Positions 55,337 through 64,000 of a DNA stretch of 64,000 bases are shown one piece after another. The notes beneath the pieces are model-generated. The model saw nothing but the letters and a program-made list of their open reading frames with translations, searched no databases and was not told the origin of the DNA. Position numbers and translations under genes: made by a program. The number at the start of each line of letters is the position of its first letter. Within the stretch, counting starts at the first letter, position 1. The DNA comes from Myxococcota bacterium (GTDB lineage: Bacteria > Myxococcota_A > SURF-8). Location of the stretch: NCBI GenBank assembly GCA_965140415.1, contig OZ223209.1:2592001-2656000 (forward strand). The letters are read 5' to 3'.

Positions 55337-57031
55337 TTACACTTCATCGGTTACGATTTCATCCTGGGTTACGCGCATGACTTCTTCTACCGTTGTGTGG
55401 CCATGCGAAATTTTCTCTACGCCATCCATACGAAGCGTCAACATGCCGCTTCGCAGAGCGCGGCGCTTGATCGAATTGGAGTCGGCGCCGTTTAGCACCA
55501 TGGTCTGCAACTCGTCGGTAATTTCCATCAACTCGAAAATACCCATTCGGCCTTTGTAGCCTTTGTTCATGCAGGTCGGACAACCGACCGGACGATAAAA
55601 GGGTGCAGTCAAACTGGTTCGGTCCAGCCCGATGTTGTGAAGCTCTTCATCCGTCGGATCGTAGGCTTCTTTACAGACTGGGCAGACCAGGCGCACGAGG
55701 CGCTGAGCGAGAATGCCGATAACGGAGGACACGACCAGGAATGGCTCAACGCCCATGTCGATCAGTCGCGTGACCGTGCTAGCGGCATCGTTGGTATGGA
55801 TCGTGGAAAAGACCAAGTGACCGGTCAAGGATGCTTGAATGGCGATTTCCGCCGTTTCAAGGTCACGAATTTCACCGACCATGATAACGTCCGGATCCTG
55901 TCGCAGAATAGAGCGCAGACCACGGGCAAAGGTCATGCCGATTTTCGAATTCACCGGAATCTGGCTGATGCCGGGAAGCTGGTACTCGACCGGATCTTCC
56001 GTCGTGATGATGTTCTTGTCCGGCGTGTTGATTTCCGATAGCGCCGAATACAGCGTGGTTGTTTTACCTGAACCGGTTGGTCCGGTAACCAGAATAATGC
56101 CGTGGGTCTGCTTGATCAGGCGGCGGAAAATAACATCCTGCTTTTCCAAAAAGCCGAGACTTTCCATCGAGAGCAGTACTGCCGAGCGATCCAGCAAACG
56201 CATAACCAGGCGCTCTCCGTGGGAGGTCGGCAGGGTGGACAAGCGAATGTCCACGTCTTTGCCTGCGATCTTGATGCGGATACGACCGTCTTGCGGCAGA
56301 CGTTTTTCCGCGATGTTGAGATCACCCATGATCTTTACACGCGAAGTAATCGAAGCCTGGGCGCTTTTGGGTGGACGGGTGACTTCGTAGAGCACACCAT
56401 CGATGCGCAGACGCACCGAGATGTCGTTTTCCATCGGCTCGATATGAATATCGCTGGCGCGCTCTTTTACCGCCCGGAAAAGCAGGTTGTTGACAAAGCG
56501 AATAATCGGCGCATCGTCGTCGCCGCCGACCAGGATGTCGGTGATTTCCGTGTCTTCTTCGTCATCCGATTTTTTCAGGTTTTCGTCTTCCAGATCGCGG
56601 TTGTAGCGATCGGCTTCGGAATACACCTGGTTGATGGCGTTTAATACGCGCTGAAAGCCTGCCGTAGTGATTTCGATCTCACTATTGAATATCAGGCGTA
56701 GATCGTCCATCGCGAACAGTTCGAGCGGTTCGGATGTGGCGATGCGTACACGGTCGTCGTTTTTGTCGACCGGAATGAACTTGAACTTTTTACAGAAGCT
56801 GATGGGAAGCTTTTCCACGAGATTGACGTCGATATCGCGCGGCAATTCCGGCATGTAATCGATGCCGAGTTGTTGCGAGAGCGCAAACGCGATTTCCTCT
56901 TCGTTGACCGCTTTCGCACCGATCAGCAGTTCGCCTATTCGACCGCCGCGTTCCTCCTGCTGCTCCAAAGCCTGTTTGACTTGTTCCGCCGTGCAGCTCG
57001 ATTTGTTGATGAGCAGTTCGCCCAGTTGCAT
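55337..57031 (-). CDS. gspE: T2SS ATPase E
   Basis: ASDIHIE, GPTGSGKTT, LRQDPD, CxxC...CxxC. Confidence 0.95.
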   Translation of the reverse strand: MQLGELLINKSSCTAEQVKQALEQQEERGGRIGELLIGAKAVNEEEIAFALSQQLGIDYMPELPRDIDVNLVEKLPISFCKKFKFIPVDKNDDRVRIATSEPLELFAMDDLRLIFNSEIEITTAGFQRVLNAINQVYSEADRYNRDLEDENLKKSDDEEDTEITDILVGGDDDAPIIRFVNNLLFRAVKERASDIHIEPMENDISVRLRIDGVLYEVTRPPKSAQASITSRVKIMGDLNIAEKRLPQDGRIRIKIAGKDVDIRLSTLPTSHGERLVMRLLDRSAVLLSMESLGFLEKQDVIFRRLIKQTHGIILVTGPTGSGKTTTLYSALSEINTPDKNIITTEDPVEYQLPGISQIPVNSKIGMTFARGLRSILRQDPDVIMVGEIRDLETAEIAIQASLTGHLVFSTIHTNDAASTVTRLIDMGVEPFLVVSSVIGILAQRLVRLVCPVCKEAYDPTDEELHNIGLDRTSLTAPFYRPVGCPTCMNKGYKGRMGIFELMEITDELQTMVLNGADSNSIKRRALRSGMLTLRMDGVEKISHGHTTVEEVMRVTQDEIVTDEV

Positions 57032-57052
57032 ATCAATACTCTCCTGGCCGCG

Positions 57053-59764
57053 CTATTCGGATTCCGTCTTGTCGGAACTACGACGATTGAACAGGCTATC
57101 CATCATCAGGTCACCCTTCGACTTGCGTGAGGGCGGGGGAGGCGTGGAAATCGACGACTGCTCGTCGCTGCCGCTGGTAGTGGAACGTGCGCCGGAGGTT
57201 CCGATCTCCACCGCATGGTGTCCTTCTTCTGGCATGATCACCGTCTCCTGCTCTTCCAATGCCTGCTGCTGACGGGTCTTTTCCTTTTCTTCGTAGGCAT
57301 AACGGATCGATTCGATCAGACCGGTTTTCTGTGTGTAGTCCACTTCAAACTCGTAATCGTCATCGGTTCCGTAGAACTTACGTAAAAATTCGTTGCGCTC
57401 GTCCATCTTGCGTTTGAAAATCCGCTTGAAATCATCCTCTGTCTTGATGATGTGCGGCGTCAGGAAAATCAGCAGGTTGGTTTTTTCAGAGGAGTCCTTG
57501 TCGCGACGGAAGAGGCGGCCCAGCACCGGCAGATCGCCGAAGAAAGGCACTTTCTCCACGTCGCTCTTCTGCGTGTCACGCAACAAACCACCGATGACGA
57601 TCGTCTGGTTGTCCTTTACTACCACCGTACTTTTCGCCGCACGCTTGGTCGTGGTCGGTCCCAGCGTTTCACTGATCGACTGCAACTCGGTGATTTCCTG
57701 TTGCACCTGTAGACGAACGTAATTGCTTTCGTTGATCTGCGGTTTGATCTTCATGGTCAACGCAACATCCTGGCGCTGAATGGAAAGCACCGGGCGGTTA
57801 TTGACGTCGCGGGCCTGGCCGGTAATGAACGGCACGTTTTGACCGACGATGATTTCCGCCTCTTCGTTGTCCATCGTTAGAATGTGTGGAGTCGACAGTA
57901 CGTTGGCATCCGAATCGGTTTGCAGGAATTGGATGATCGCTCCGAAAGACGGGATGGAAATACCATCGCCCAGTAGACCTTCCGTACCGGCAACATCGGG
58001 ACCGCGCAGACCAACCGCCATTCCGGAGAGTGCGGTGGGGTCGAGCGCAATCGCATTCAAAGTGCCTACCGCCGTTCCTGCATAGAGCGGAATGGTTTCA
58101 CCCATGATGTCCATTGCATATCCACCCGCAAGCGCGATGCCCTGCTGGTTGTCACGCTTCAGTGAAACTTCGATGATGACGGCTTCTACGAAGACCTGGC
58201 GGCGACGAATATCCAATTGGCCGATGACACGCTTGAGCTGCGTGTAATCTTTGGTGGAGGCAACGATCACCAGGGAGTTGGTGGCCTTGTCTGCCGTAAT
58301 CTTGACTTCGCCTTCGAATAATTCGCCGGAGGCTGCACCTTTCTTTTTACCTTTGGAAGAAGCTGATTTGCCACGCCCTGCCATACCGGTCAGTGTGGTG
58401 GCCAATTCATCGGCGTTGGCATTTTCCAGGTAATACACGTGCACCTGGCCGTCGCCGGGAATCGGAACGTCCAGGCGATTGATCATGTCCAGGATACGCG
58501 GCATGGCATCGCGCGGAGCGACGATAATCAACTGGTTGGTTCGTTCGTCGGCAATAACATTGGAAAGGGTGACCTGGGTTTCACTGGATTCATCGGCGGA
58601 TGATGATTTTTTCCCTCGTTTGCTGGTGCGTTTTGATGTGCTTTTCGATTTGCCCGCAGCCTTTTCGCCGAAAATCTGTTCCAGCGTTTCAGCAACATCG
58701 GAGGCACTGGCATAATAGATGTCGATGACGTGAATGGAATCACGACCGCCGGGAACATCCAGTTCATTCATTATTTTGACCATGCGCCGAATATTGATGG
58801 CGGTATCGGTCAGAATAAGGGTGCCGGTAGGTTCAAAGGTGATGATGCTGCCGTTTTTGGATTTCAGATCCTTCAGGATCTTGTCGACATCTTTCAAATC
58901 GATATGTTTCAGCTTGAAAAGATACGTAATGATTTCATCGGAAGGATCGGTGCTGCCGCCATCGAGATAGGTTTTCAACGGCGTGCGTTGCGAATCGCGT
59001 ACATCGATGATTTTGTAAAACTTTCCAACACGTACCAGTGTCAGGTCACGAGACTCCAAGGCGGAAATGAACGCCTGCCACGCCTCTTCGCGGCTGACCG
59101 GATTCGGAGAAATAATCGTAATCTTGCCACCTTTTACCTTCTCCGGGAGGATAAAATTGACCTTGAATTTTTCAGACATCTGCTTGACGAATTCGAGCAG
59201 ATCCTGTTCGAAGAAGTCAATATGATACAGAACACCGGCTTGGTATTCTTCGTATTTGTGTGCGTTGTCGCCCTGATCCTCGCCACCGCCGGACGTCCCG
59301 GATGCGCCTTCACCGGCTTTGGCTGCCGCTGCGGCGTTATCGATGGCTCCAGGTGCGGGAAGGCGTGTGGTTTTGCCACGCACGCCGGAATCGGAAGCGG
59401 GCGGCGGGGGGGGAGGCGGAGTCGCCGTACGCTTTACTGCCGACTGTCCTTTAAGTCCCGCCGGACCGGAGCGCTGCGATTTGCTGGGACCGGAGGGTAG
59501 TTTCATGGAGCCGCTCTGGCCTCGCTGCGGTTGCAGTGTAGGCTTGGAGTTGATCTTCTCAGGAGAAAGCTTGGTTTTGGTTTTTCCTTTTTTCTCCTTT
59601 TTCCCTTTGTCATCCTTCGTCGCCTTGGTTTTAAAACTGGGGGCTCCGAAATTCGGCTGATCGTCGGTTTTTTCTTCTTGTGCCGCCGCCCAGTGTTCAA
59701 CCGGCAACGCCAGTCCCAACAGTAGCAGCAGAGCAAGGCCAAAACGCAGGGCTGTTTTTCGCAT
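57053..59764 (-). CDS. gspD: T2SS secretin D with long Pro/Lys-rich N-terminal extension
   Basis: LDIRRRQVFVEA, STPHILT, VGQNVP, KVPFFGDLP; AAGGAG RBS before ATG 59764. Confidence 0.95.
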   Translation of the reverse strand: MRKTALRFGLALLLLLGLALPVEHWAAAQEEKTDDQPNFGAPSFKTKATKDDKGKKEKKGKTKTKLSPEKINSKPTLQPQRGQSGSMKLPSGPSKSQRSGPAGLKGQSAVKRTATPPPPPPPASDSGVRGKTTRLPAPGAIDNAAAAAKAGEGASGTSGGGEDQGDNAHKYEEYQAGVLYHIDFFEQDLLEFVKQMSEKFKVNFILPEKVKGGKITIISPNPVSREEAWQAFISALESRDLTLVRVGKFYKIIDVRDSQRTPLKTYLDGGSTDPSDEIITYLFKLKHIDLKDVDKILKDLKSKNGSIITFEPTGTLILTDTAINIRRMVKIMNELDVPGGRDSIHVIDIYYASASDVAETLEQIFGEKAAGKSKSTSKRTSKRGKKSSSADESSETQVTLSNVIADERTNQLIIVAPRDAMPRILDMINRLDVPIPGDGQVHVYYLENANADELATTLTGMAGRGKSASSKGKKKGAASGELFEGEVKITADKATNSLVIVASTKDYTQLKRVIGQLDIRRRQVFVEAVIIEVSLKRDNQQGIALAGGYAMDIMGETIPLYAGTAVGTLNAIALDPTALSGMAVGLRGPDVAGTEGLLGDGISIPSFGAIIQFLQTDSDANVLSTPHILTMDNEEAEIIVGQNVPFITGQARDVNNRPVLSIQRQDVALTMKIKPQINESNYVRLQVQQEITELQSISETLGPTTTKRAAKSTVVVKDNQTIVIGGLLRDTQKSDVEKVPFFGDLPVLGRLFRRDKDSSEKTNLLIFLTPHIIKTEDDFKRIFKRKMDERNEFLRKFYGTDDDYEFEVDYTQKTGLIESIRYAYEEKEKTRQQQALEEQETVIMPEEGHHAVEIGTSGARSTTSGSDEQSSISTPPPPSRKSKGDLMMDSLFNRRSSDKTESE

Positions 59765-59794
59765 CAAGTCGGTCTCCTTCTCCCAAACCAATGT

Positions 59795-60721
59795 CTACTG
59801 AATCGTGTAATCGACCGAGACTTTTGAGCCTCGTCGCAGTAGATCCAGGGTGAATCCTTTTTCCGAACGTAGTTTCGAATAAATTTCAAGCGCTTTTTCC
59901 GGGCTGTCCAGGTCCATGCCGTTGACGCGCTGGATGATGTCGCCGTTTTTAATGCCGATTTTCTGATAAAGCGAACCCGGCTTGATGGAGTAAATCCGGA
60001 AGCCGTTGCCTTTGCCGTTTTTAAAGCTAGGAACGATCCTGGCTTGAGTGGCAAGGGCGTTCATGTTTTCAAGGGCCCGGTTCAGTTCGCCTTCTGCGAT
60101 GATGTATTCCGTTTCGCTTACCTTGCGAATGCCGTCTCCAGCTTCCGCCGCAGCGTCTTCGGGTGTTTTCGGCTTTTTCTTTTCATCCAATTCGCCATGT
60201 ACCAGGCATTCGATCCGGTTACCGTTGCGAACGAAAACCAGTTTTCTTTTCACGGAAAGTACACTGCCCGACGAGCCGATTTTGTCCCCGATTTCGTAGA
60301 TCATCGTTTTTTTATCTGAATCTTCAACGATGGCGTAGGATTGGCTTGGATCGCTGGCTTCCACCGTGGCCATCAGCGTTCCGCCACTAAAAACACCCTG
60401 GCACTGGGATTCGGAATCGAATTCTTCCGGGTTTTCCGGGATAGGTTCTGCGGGCTTGCTGTCGTCGACTTCTTCAAGAGGCTCTTGCGGAGTCATAGCT
60501 TCGCCGGTGAACGGGTTCACACTTGCCTTTCGGGAAGACGGTTTTTTGGGTGGTTCTGCACCTGTATCTGCCTGAGCGCTTTGTACCGGCACGGTCAGTT
60601 CCGTATCGGAAAGGAGGTAGCCGCCTACGAACGTGTTGATCGATTGTGCCGCCAGATAAGCACACAGAGCGATCGTGACCAGGTTGATTGTCCAAAAATA
60701 TTTTCGAATGTATTTTTCCAT
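59795..60721 (-). CDS. gspC: T2SS protein C (PDZ type)
   Basis: TM + HR domain + GFRIYSIKPGSLYQKIGIKNGDII PDZ. Confidence 0.92.
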   Translation of the reverse strand: MEKYIRKYFWTINLVTIALCAYLAAQSINTFVGGYLLSDTELTVPVQSAQADTGAEPPKKPSSRKASVNPFTGEAMTPQEPLEEVDDSKPAEPIPENPEEFDSESQCQGVFSGGTLMATVEASDPSQSYAIVEDSDKKTMIYEIGDKIGSSGSVLSVKRKLVFVRNGNRIECLVHGELDEKKKPKTPEDAAAEAGDGIRKVSETEYIIAEGELNRALENMNALATQARIVPSFKNGKGNGFRIYSIKPGSLYQKIGIKNGDIIQRVNGMDLDSPEKALEIYSKLRSEKGFTLDLLRRGSKVSVDYTIQ

Positions 60722-60780
60722 ACATCACCCTTTGCGAGCGGGATCTAAATTTAACCGCACTATTACCTGGAGTTTGAATT

Positions 60781-60797
60781 AGCAATTTTCGTGCCTT
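60781..60797 (-). promoter_or_regulatory. sigma54 promoter of the gsp operon
   Basis: Minus strand AGGCACGAAAATTGCT; IHF-like TATCAGTTTGTTA at 60824-60836. Confidence 0.75.
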
Positions 60798-61213
60798 GTT
60801 TGCTGTTGTAAAAATACAAGGAATATCAGTTTGTTACACTTTAAGCTCGAGTTTAAAGGCTGATGCGCTATGAATATATGGCATTAAGCCGATTTTTTCG
60901 TGGTTTTCCATGTGGATTGGTGGACAAAATGTCAATATACCCTGTTGGGTGCCGACTGGGGTGACAAATTGTCATTACATTCGAGCGATTTGGGGTGTTG
61001 CTGAAAATGTGAAAAGGATTTCAGTGTAAAGTTCTTGGAAATCGTGCATCGATTCACTTTGAACCGGGTTTGAATCACTACGGCACTGCCGCCAGGCGCA
61101 GGCCGCAATTCGAGCCGAAGTATAGAGAAAGTTAAGAAAATAAATTGCGTATCTTGCTGCACCATGCTAAGTAAATTTGCTCAGTTAGGGCCACCCCATA
61201 TGGAAATGGCCTC

Positions 61214-61552
61214 ATGTCCGAGGAGGGTTGGAGCGTGGGTTCATTGAGTCGGGAAAAAGTAGTCAAACTTGTCGAGCAGGGCGTTAGCCTGCATAAAGAA
61301 GATCTTTCCGGCATGGATCTGAGCGGGTTGAATCTTCGTGGTGCAGATCTGAGTTTCGCCAACCTCGCCGGTGCCAAACTGAAAAACACGAATCTCATTT
61401 GTGCAAATATGGAAAACACGGATCTGACCGGAGCGCAGTTGGAAGGTGCGGATTTGCGTTACGCCAACCTCAAGGGCGCCGTTTTGGTAAACACGGACCT
61501 TCAAGAGGAAGACCTCTTTAAAATCACACGTTTACGTCACGCCGAAAAGTAA
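61214..61552 (+). CDS. Pentapeptide-repeat protein
   Basis: A(D/N)Lxx repeats. Confidence 0.88.
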   Translation: MSEEGWSVGSLSREKVVKLVEQGVSLHKEDLSGMDLSGLNLRGADLSFANLAGAKLKNTNLICANMENTDLTGAQLEGADLRYANLKGAVLVNTDLQEEDLFKITRLRHAEK

Positions 61553-61648
61553 CTGAACCAGCAAAAATGTAGAACACTCCTATGCGTCTTCTATCTTCGC
61601 ACGGAAGAACGATGTGCAACAGATTCTGATTTGTTGTGAAGAGGGGGC

Positions 61649-61984
61649 TTACTCGGCGTAGAAGGGGTCGACTTGTGACAGGAAACGTTTTAAAGCCGCT
61701 TTCTGTTCATCGTCCAGCGCCATGAACTTGATGCCCATGCGGCCTTCGTCTTCTTCGTGGCTCCAAACGACTTCTCCCAGGCATTCCAGGATGTCGCTTC
61801 CGGTCGGGAAGTTCAAGACCAACTCAACCGTGGTGCCAACACGCTCCACTGAAGGAGCAACGATGCTGATACCGCCCAGTGAAATATTCTCGATTTTGTG
61901 GAAAAGAAGGACTTCTTCTCCCGTAAAATCAACATACGCATTCGCTTCGATACGCGGATATTGTCTTTGATCTCGAGTCCCCAT
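61649..61984 (-). CDS. PilZ-domain protein
   Basis: QRQYPR (RxxxR), NISLGG; GGAGG RBS. Confidence 0.9.
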   Translation of the reverse strand: MGTRDQRQYPRIEANAYVDFTGEEVLLFHKIENISLGGISIVAPSVERVGTTVELVLNFPTGSDILECLGEVVWSHEEDEGRMGIKFMALDDEQKAALKRFLSQVDPFYAE

Positions 61985-62104
61985 GCATGCCTCCACTGTT
62001 GGCTATCCCGAACCACGGGAAGAATATACCATAACCCCCTTGTCTGGCAAGTTCTTTTTCGATTTCCGTGTGCGTGCTTCCGGCGGTTGTAAAGGGGAGG
62101 GGGC

Positions 62105-63478
62105 TCAGTTTAGCTGGTCGATCTTTCGATAGATCGTGCGGACCGCAATGCCCAGAATTTGGGCGGTGAGTTTTTTGTCGCCTCCGGTACGAGCCAGGGT
62201 TTCCTTGATGACCTGATGCTCGATTTCTTCCAGTGTCAAACCGAAAGGTACCGTAAAATCCGCAGCTTGAGTGGCAGAAGGCTTGGCTTCTTCCTCGAAG
62301 AAATCGACTGGCTGCAAGGTGTCCTCAGCGGATAGAATCACGGCTCGCTGGACTTTCTTTTCCAGTTCGCGGACGTTTCCCGGCCATTTGTAAGCCAGTA
62401 GAGAATCCAGCGTTTTATGTGAGATTCCCTTGGTTTTGACTCCGTTCTCCTCGCAGTGGCGCTTGACGAAATGCTGGGTAAGCAGCGAAATGTCGTCTTT
62501 TCGTTCGCGGAGCGGCGGCAAGGTGATGGGAATGCCGTTTAGGCGATAGTACAAATCTTCCCGAAAACGTTTTTCCGCTACTTCCTGTAGCAATTGCCGA
62601 TTGGTGGCGGCGATCAGTCGAAAATCGACCTTGATCGAGGTCGTGCTGCCAAGGCGCTCGAATTCACCTTCTTCAAGCACACGTAACAGCTTGGCCTGCA
62701 ACGATAAACTCATGTCGCCGATTTCATCCAGGAAGAGCGTTCCCTCGTGAGCGGCCATGATGCGTCCGTCCTTGCGCTGTGTCGCGCCGGTGAACGCCCC
62801 GCGTTCATAGCCAAACAATTCCGATTCCAAAATGGTTTCCGGCAGCGCAGCGCAATTGACCGCTACGAAATTCTTTTTATTTCTGCCACTTTGGCGATGG
62901 ATCGCCCTGGCGAAAAGTTCTTTTCCCGTTCCGCTTTCACCCTGAATCAGAATCGGCGCGGTAGTCGGCGCTGCCTGTTCCAGAATTTTCAACGGTTTTC
63001 GAATGGCAGCGCTGGAGCCGATGATCTGCGCCCGACCGCTGACTTGCTCCAGTTGTTCGCGAAGCTGCCGGTTTTCTTCGAGCAGGCTCATTTTCTCCAT
63101 GGCGCGCTCTACCGTCTTTGTAACCTGCACCTTTCGTATCGGTTTGGTGATAAAGTCGTAGGCACCGGATTTCATGGCTTCTACAGCCGTTTCGATCGTG
63201 CCGTAAGCGGTCATCAAAATGATTTGAGATTCAAGTTGCAGCGTGCGCGCCGTTTTCAGAATGTCCAACCCATCGACTTCGCCGGGCATTATCATATCGG
63301 TCAATACGACGTGGAAGCGTTCCGAGCGCATTTTGTCAAGGGCTTCTTTGCCACGCGAGGCGGTGGAGACACTATAACCCTCTTTTTGAAACAGCCGCTC
63401 CAGCGAAAGCAGGTGCTCGGTTTCGTCGTCTACGATTAGTATGGTCTTTTCTATGACTCGATCTTTCCGTTTGTTCAT
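62105..63478 (-). CDS. NtrC-family sigma54-dependent response regulator
   Basis: Receiver (VDD, D, K), GESGTGKE, GAFTGA, LDEIG, C-terminal HTH. Confidence 0.95.
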   Translation of the reverse strand: MNKRKDRVIEKTILIVDDETEHLLSLERLFQKEGYSVSTASRGKEALDKMRSERFHVVLTDMIMPGEVDGLDILKTARTLQLESQIILMTAYGTIETAVEAMKSGAYDFITKPIRKVQVTKTVERAMEKMSLLEENRQLREQLEQVSGRAQIIGSSAAIRKPLKILEQAAPTTAPILIQGESGTGKELFARAIHRQSGRNKKNFVAVNCAALPETILESELFGYERGAFTGATQRKDGRIMAAHEGTLFLDEIGDMSLSLQAKLLRVLEEGEFERLGSTTSIKVDFRLIAATNRQLLQEVAEKRFREDLYYRLNGIPITLPPLRERKDDISLLTQHFVKRHCEENGVKTKGISHKTLDSLLAYKWPGNVRELEKKVQRAVILSAEDTLQPVDFFEEEAKPSATQAADFTVPFGLTLEEIEHQVIKETLARTGGDKKLTAQILGIAVRTIYRKIDQLN

Positions 63479-63691
63479 TCGATTGACTTACGCTGTTGGG
63501 TATCACAAAAAGTCATGGATTGCAACAAGTCGTCACCATGTTCTATTCCCGCTTTCTTCAACATCGGTCTGTTTTTACTGGCTCTCGCTATCGACGAGAT
63601 GAAATGCCGCAGGTCTATGTTTTCCTTGACAATGACGGGGATTCAGGGTAATTGCTGCCTGCAAGGCTTCGCAATGTGATTGGGAACAATC

Positions 63692-63769
63692 GCCCCCATA
63701 GCTCAGCTGGATAGAGCACAGGATTCCTAATCCTGGCTAGCGCAGGTTCGAGTCCTGCTGGGGGCACCA
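63692..63769 (+). tRNA. tRNA-Arg (anticodon CCU)
   Basis: GCCCCCA...CAGGA-TTCCTAA-TCCTG...GCAGG-TTCGAGT-CCTGC-TGGGGGC-ACCA. Confidence 0.95.
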
Positions 63770-63840
63770 TTGTTTTACCCCTTTTTTTCGAGATGCATGC
63801 CGTTCGTTTGGGCGGATAATTCCCGGCATTCGAAAAAGGG

Positions 63841-63869
63841 TTGACAAAAGACTAATGAATACATAGAAT
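63841..63869 (+). promoter_or_regulatory. sigma70 promoter
   Basis: TTGACA, 17 nt, TAGAAT. Confidence 0.75.
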
Positions 63870-63907
63870 TGCTTCATCTCTTGTTAGAGAGCCAGAGGAG
63901 GCCATCT

Positions 63908-64000
63908 ATGAACAAATCGGAGCTGATCGAACAGCTTGCCGCGAATGCGGATGTCACCAAAAAGAAAGCCGAGCTGGTGGTCAACCTGATCTTCGATTCC
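63908..64000 (+). CDS. HU/IHF-family DNA-binding protein (truncated by the window end)
   Basis: MNKSELIEQLAANADVTKKKAELVVNLIFDS; GAGGAGG RBS. Confidence 0.85.
   Translation, partial: MNKSELIEQLAANADVTKKKAELVVNLIFDS

Noticed and set aside
46441-60721. Type IV pilus or Tad/Kil system
   Set aside because: Gene order and motifs (GspC-PDZ, GspG, GspK, GspN) fit a standard T2SS; no PilT or Tad genes.

Overview
This is a bacterial chromosomal window, most likely Myxococcota or a related deltaproteobacterial lineage (MYXO-CTERM sorting signal, gspC-N T2SS with GspN, many Cys-rich lipoproteins with DGDxx repeats). (1) 781-14914 is a ~14-kb integrative element inserted in the anticodon arm of tRNA-Arg(UCG). 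Unusually, it duplicates and replaces the 5' half of the tRNA and supplies a sigma70 promoter for it. It encodes a tyrosine integrase, an Xis-like protein, a rolling-circle HUH Rep, a QLSLF/SWIM/RarA-C-like protein, a second Cre-like recombinase, a solo IS5-type DUF4096 ORF, a large N6-adenine MTase paired with a small PD-(D/E)XK-like protein, and two lipoprotein cargo genes. (2) 15-46 kb holds core and envelope genes: a PHP-type lipoprotein, glnS fused to a tRNA-binding OB fold, dsbD/tlpA, murB, a receiver-less OmpR wHTH opposite an EF-hand gene, a C25 gingipain-like protease, ompA/motB, ispG, pyrR-pyrB-pyrC, an MBL hydrolase and a DUF4185-like protein. It also has a ~500-nt, apparently non-coding, highly structured unit with its own sigma54 promoter, paired upstream palindromes and terminator (20.4-21.3 kb). 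(3) 46-64 kb holds a T2SS operon (gspC-N) with a sigma54/IHF promoter, a pentapeptide-repeat gene, PilZ, an NtrC-type regulator, tRNA-Arg(CCU) and the start of an HU/IHF gene. All calls were made by eye from motifs; no database searches were run.
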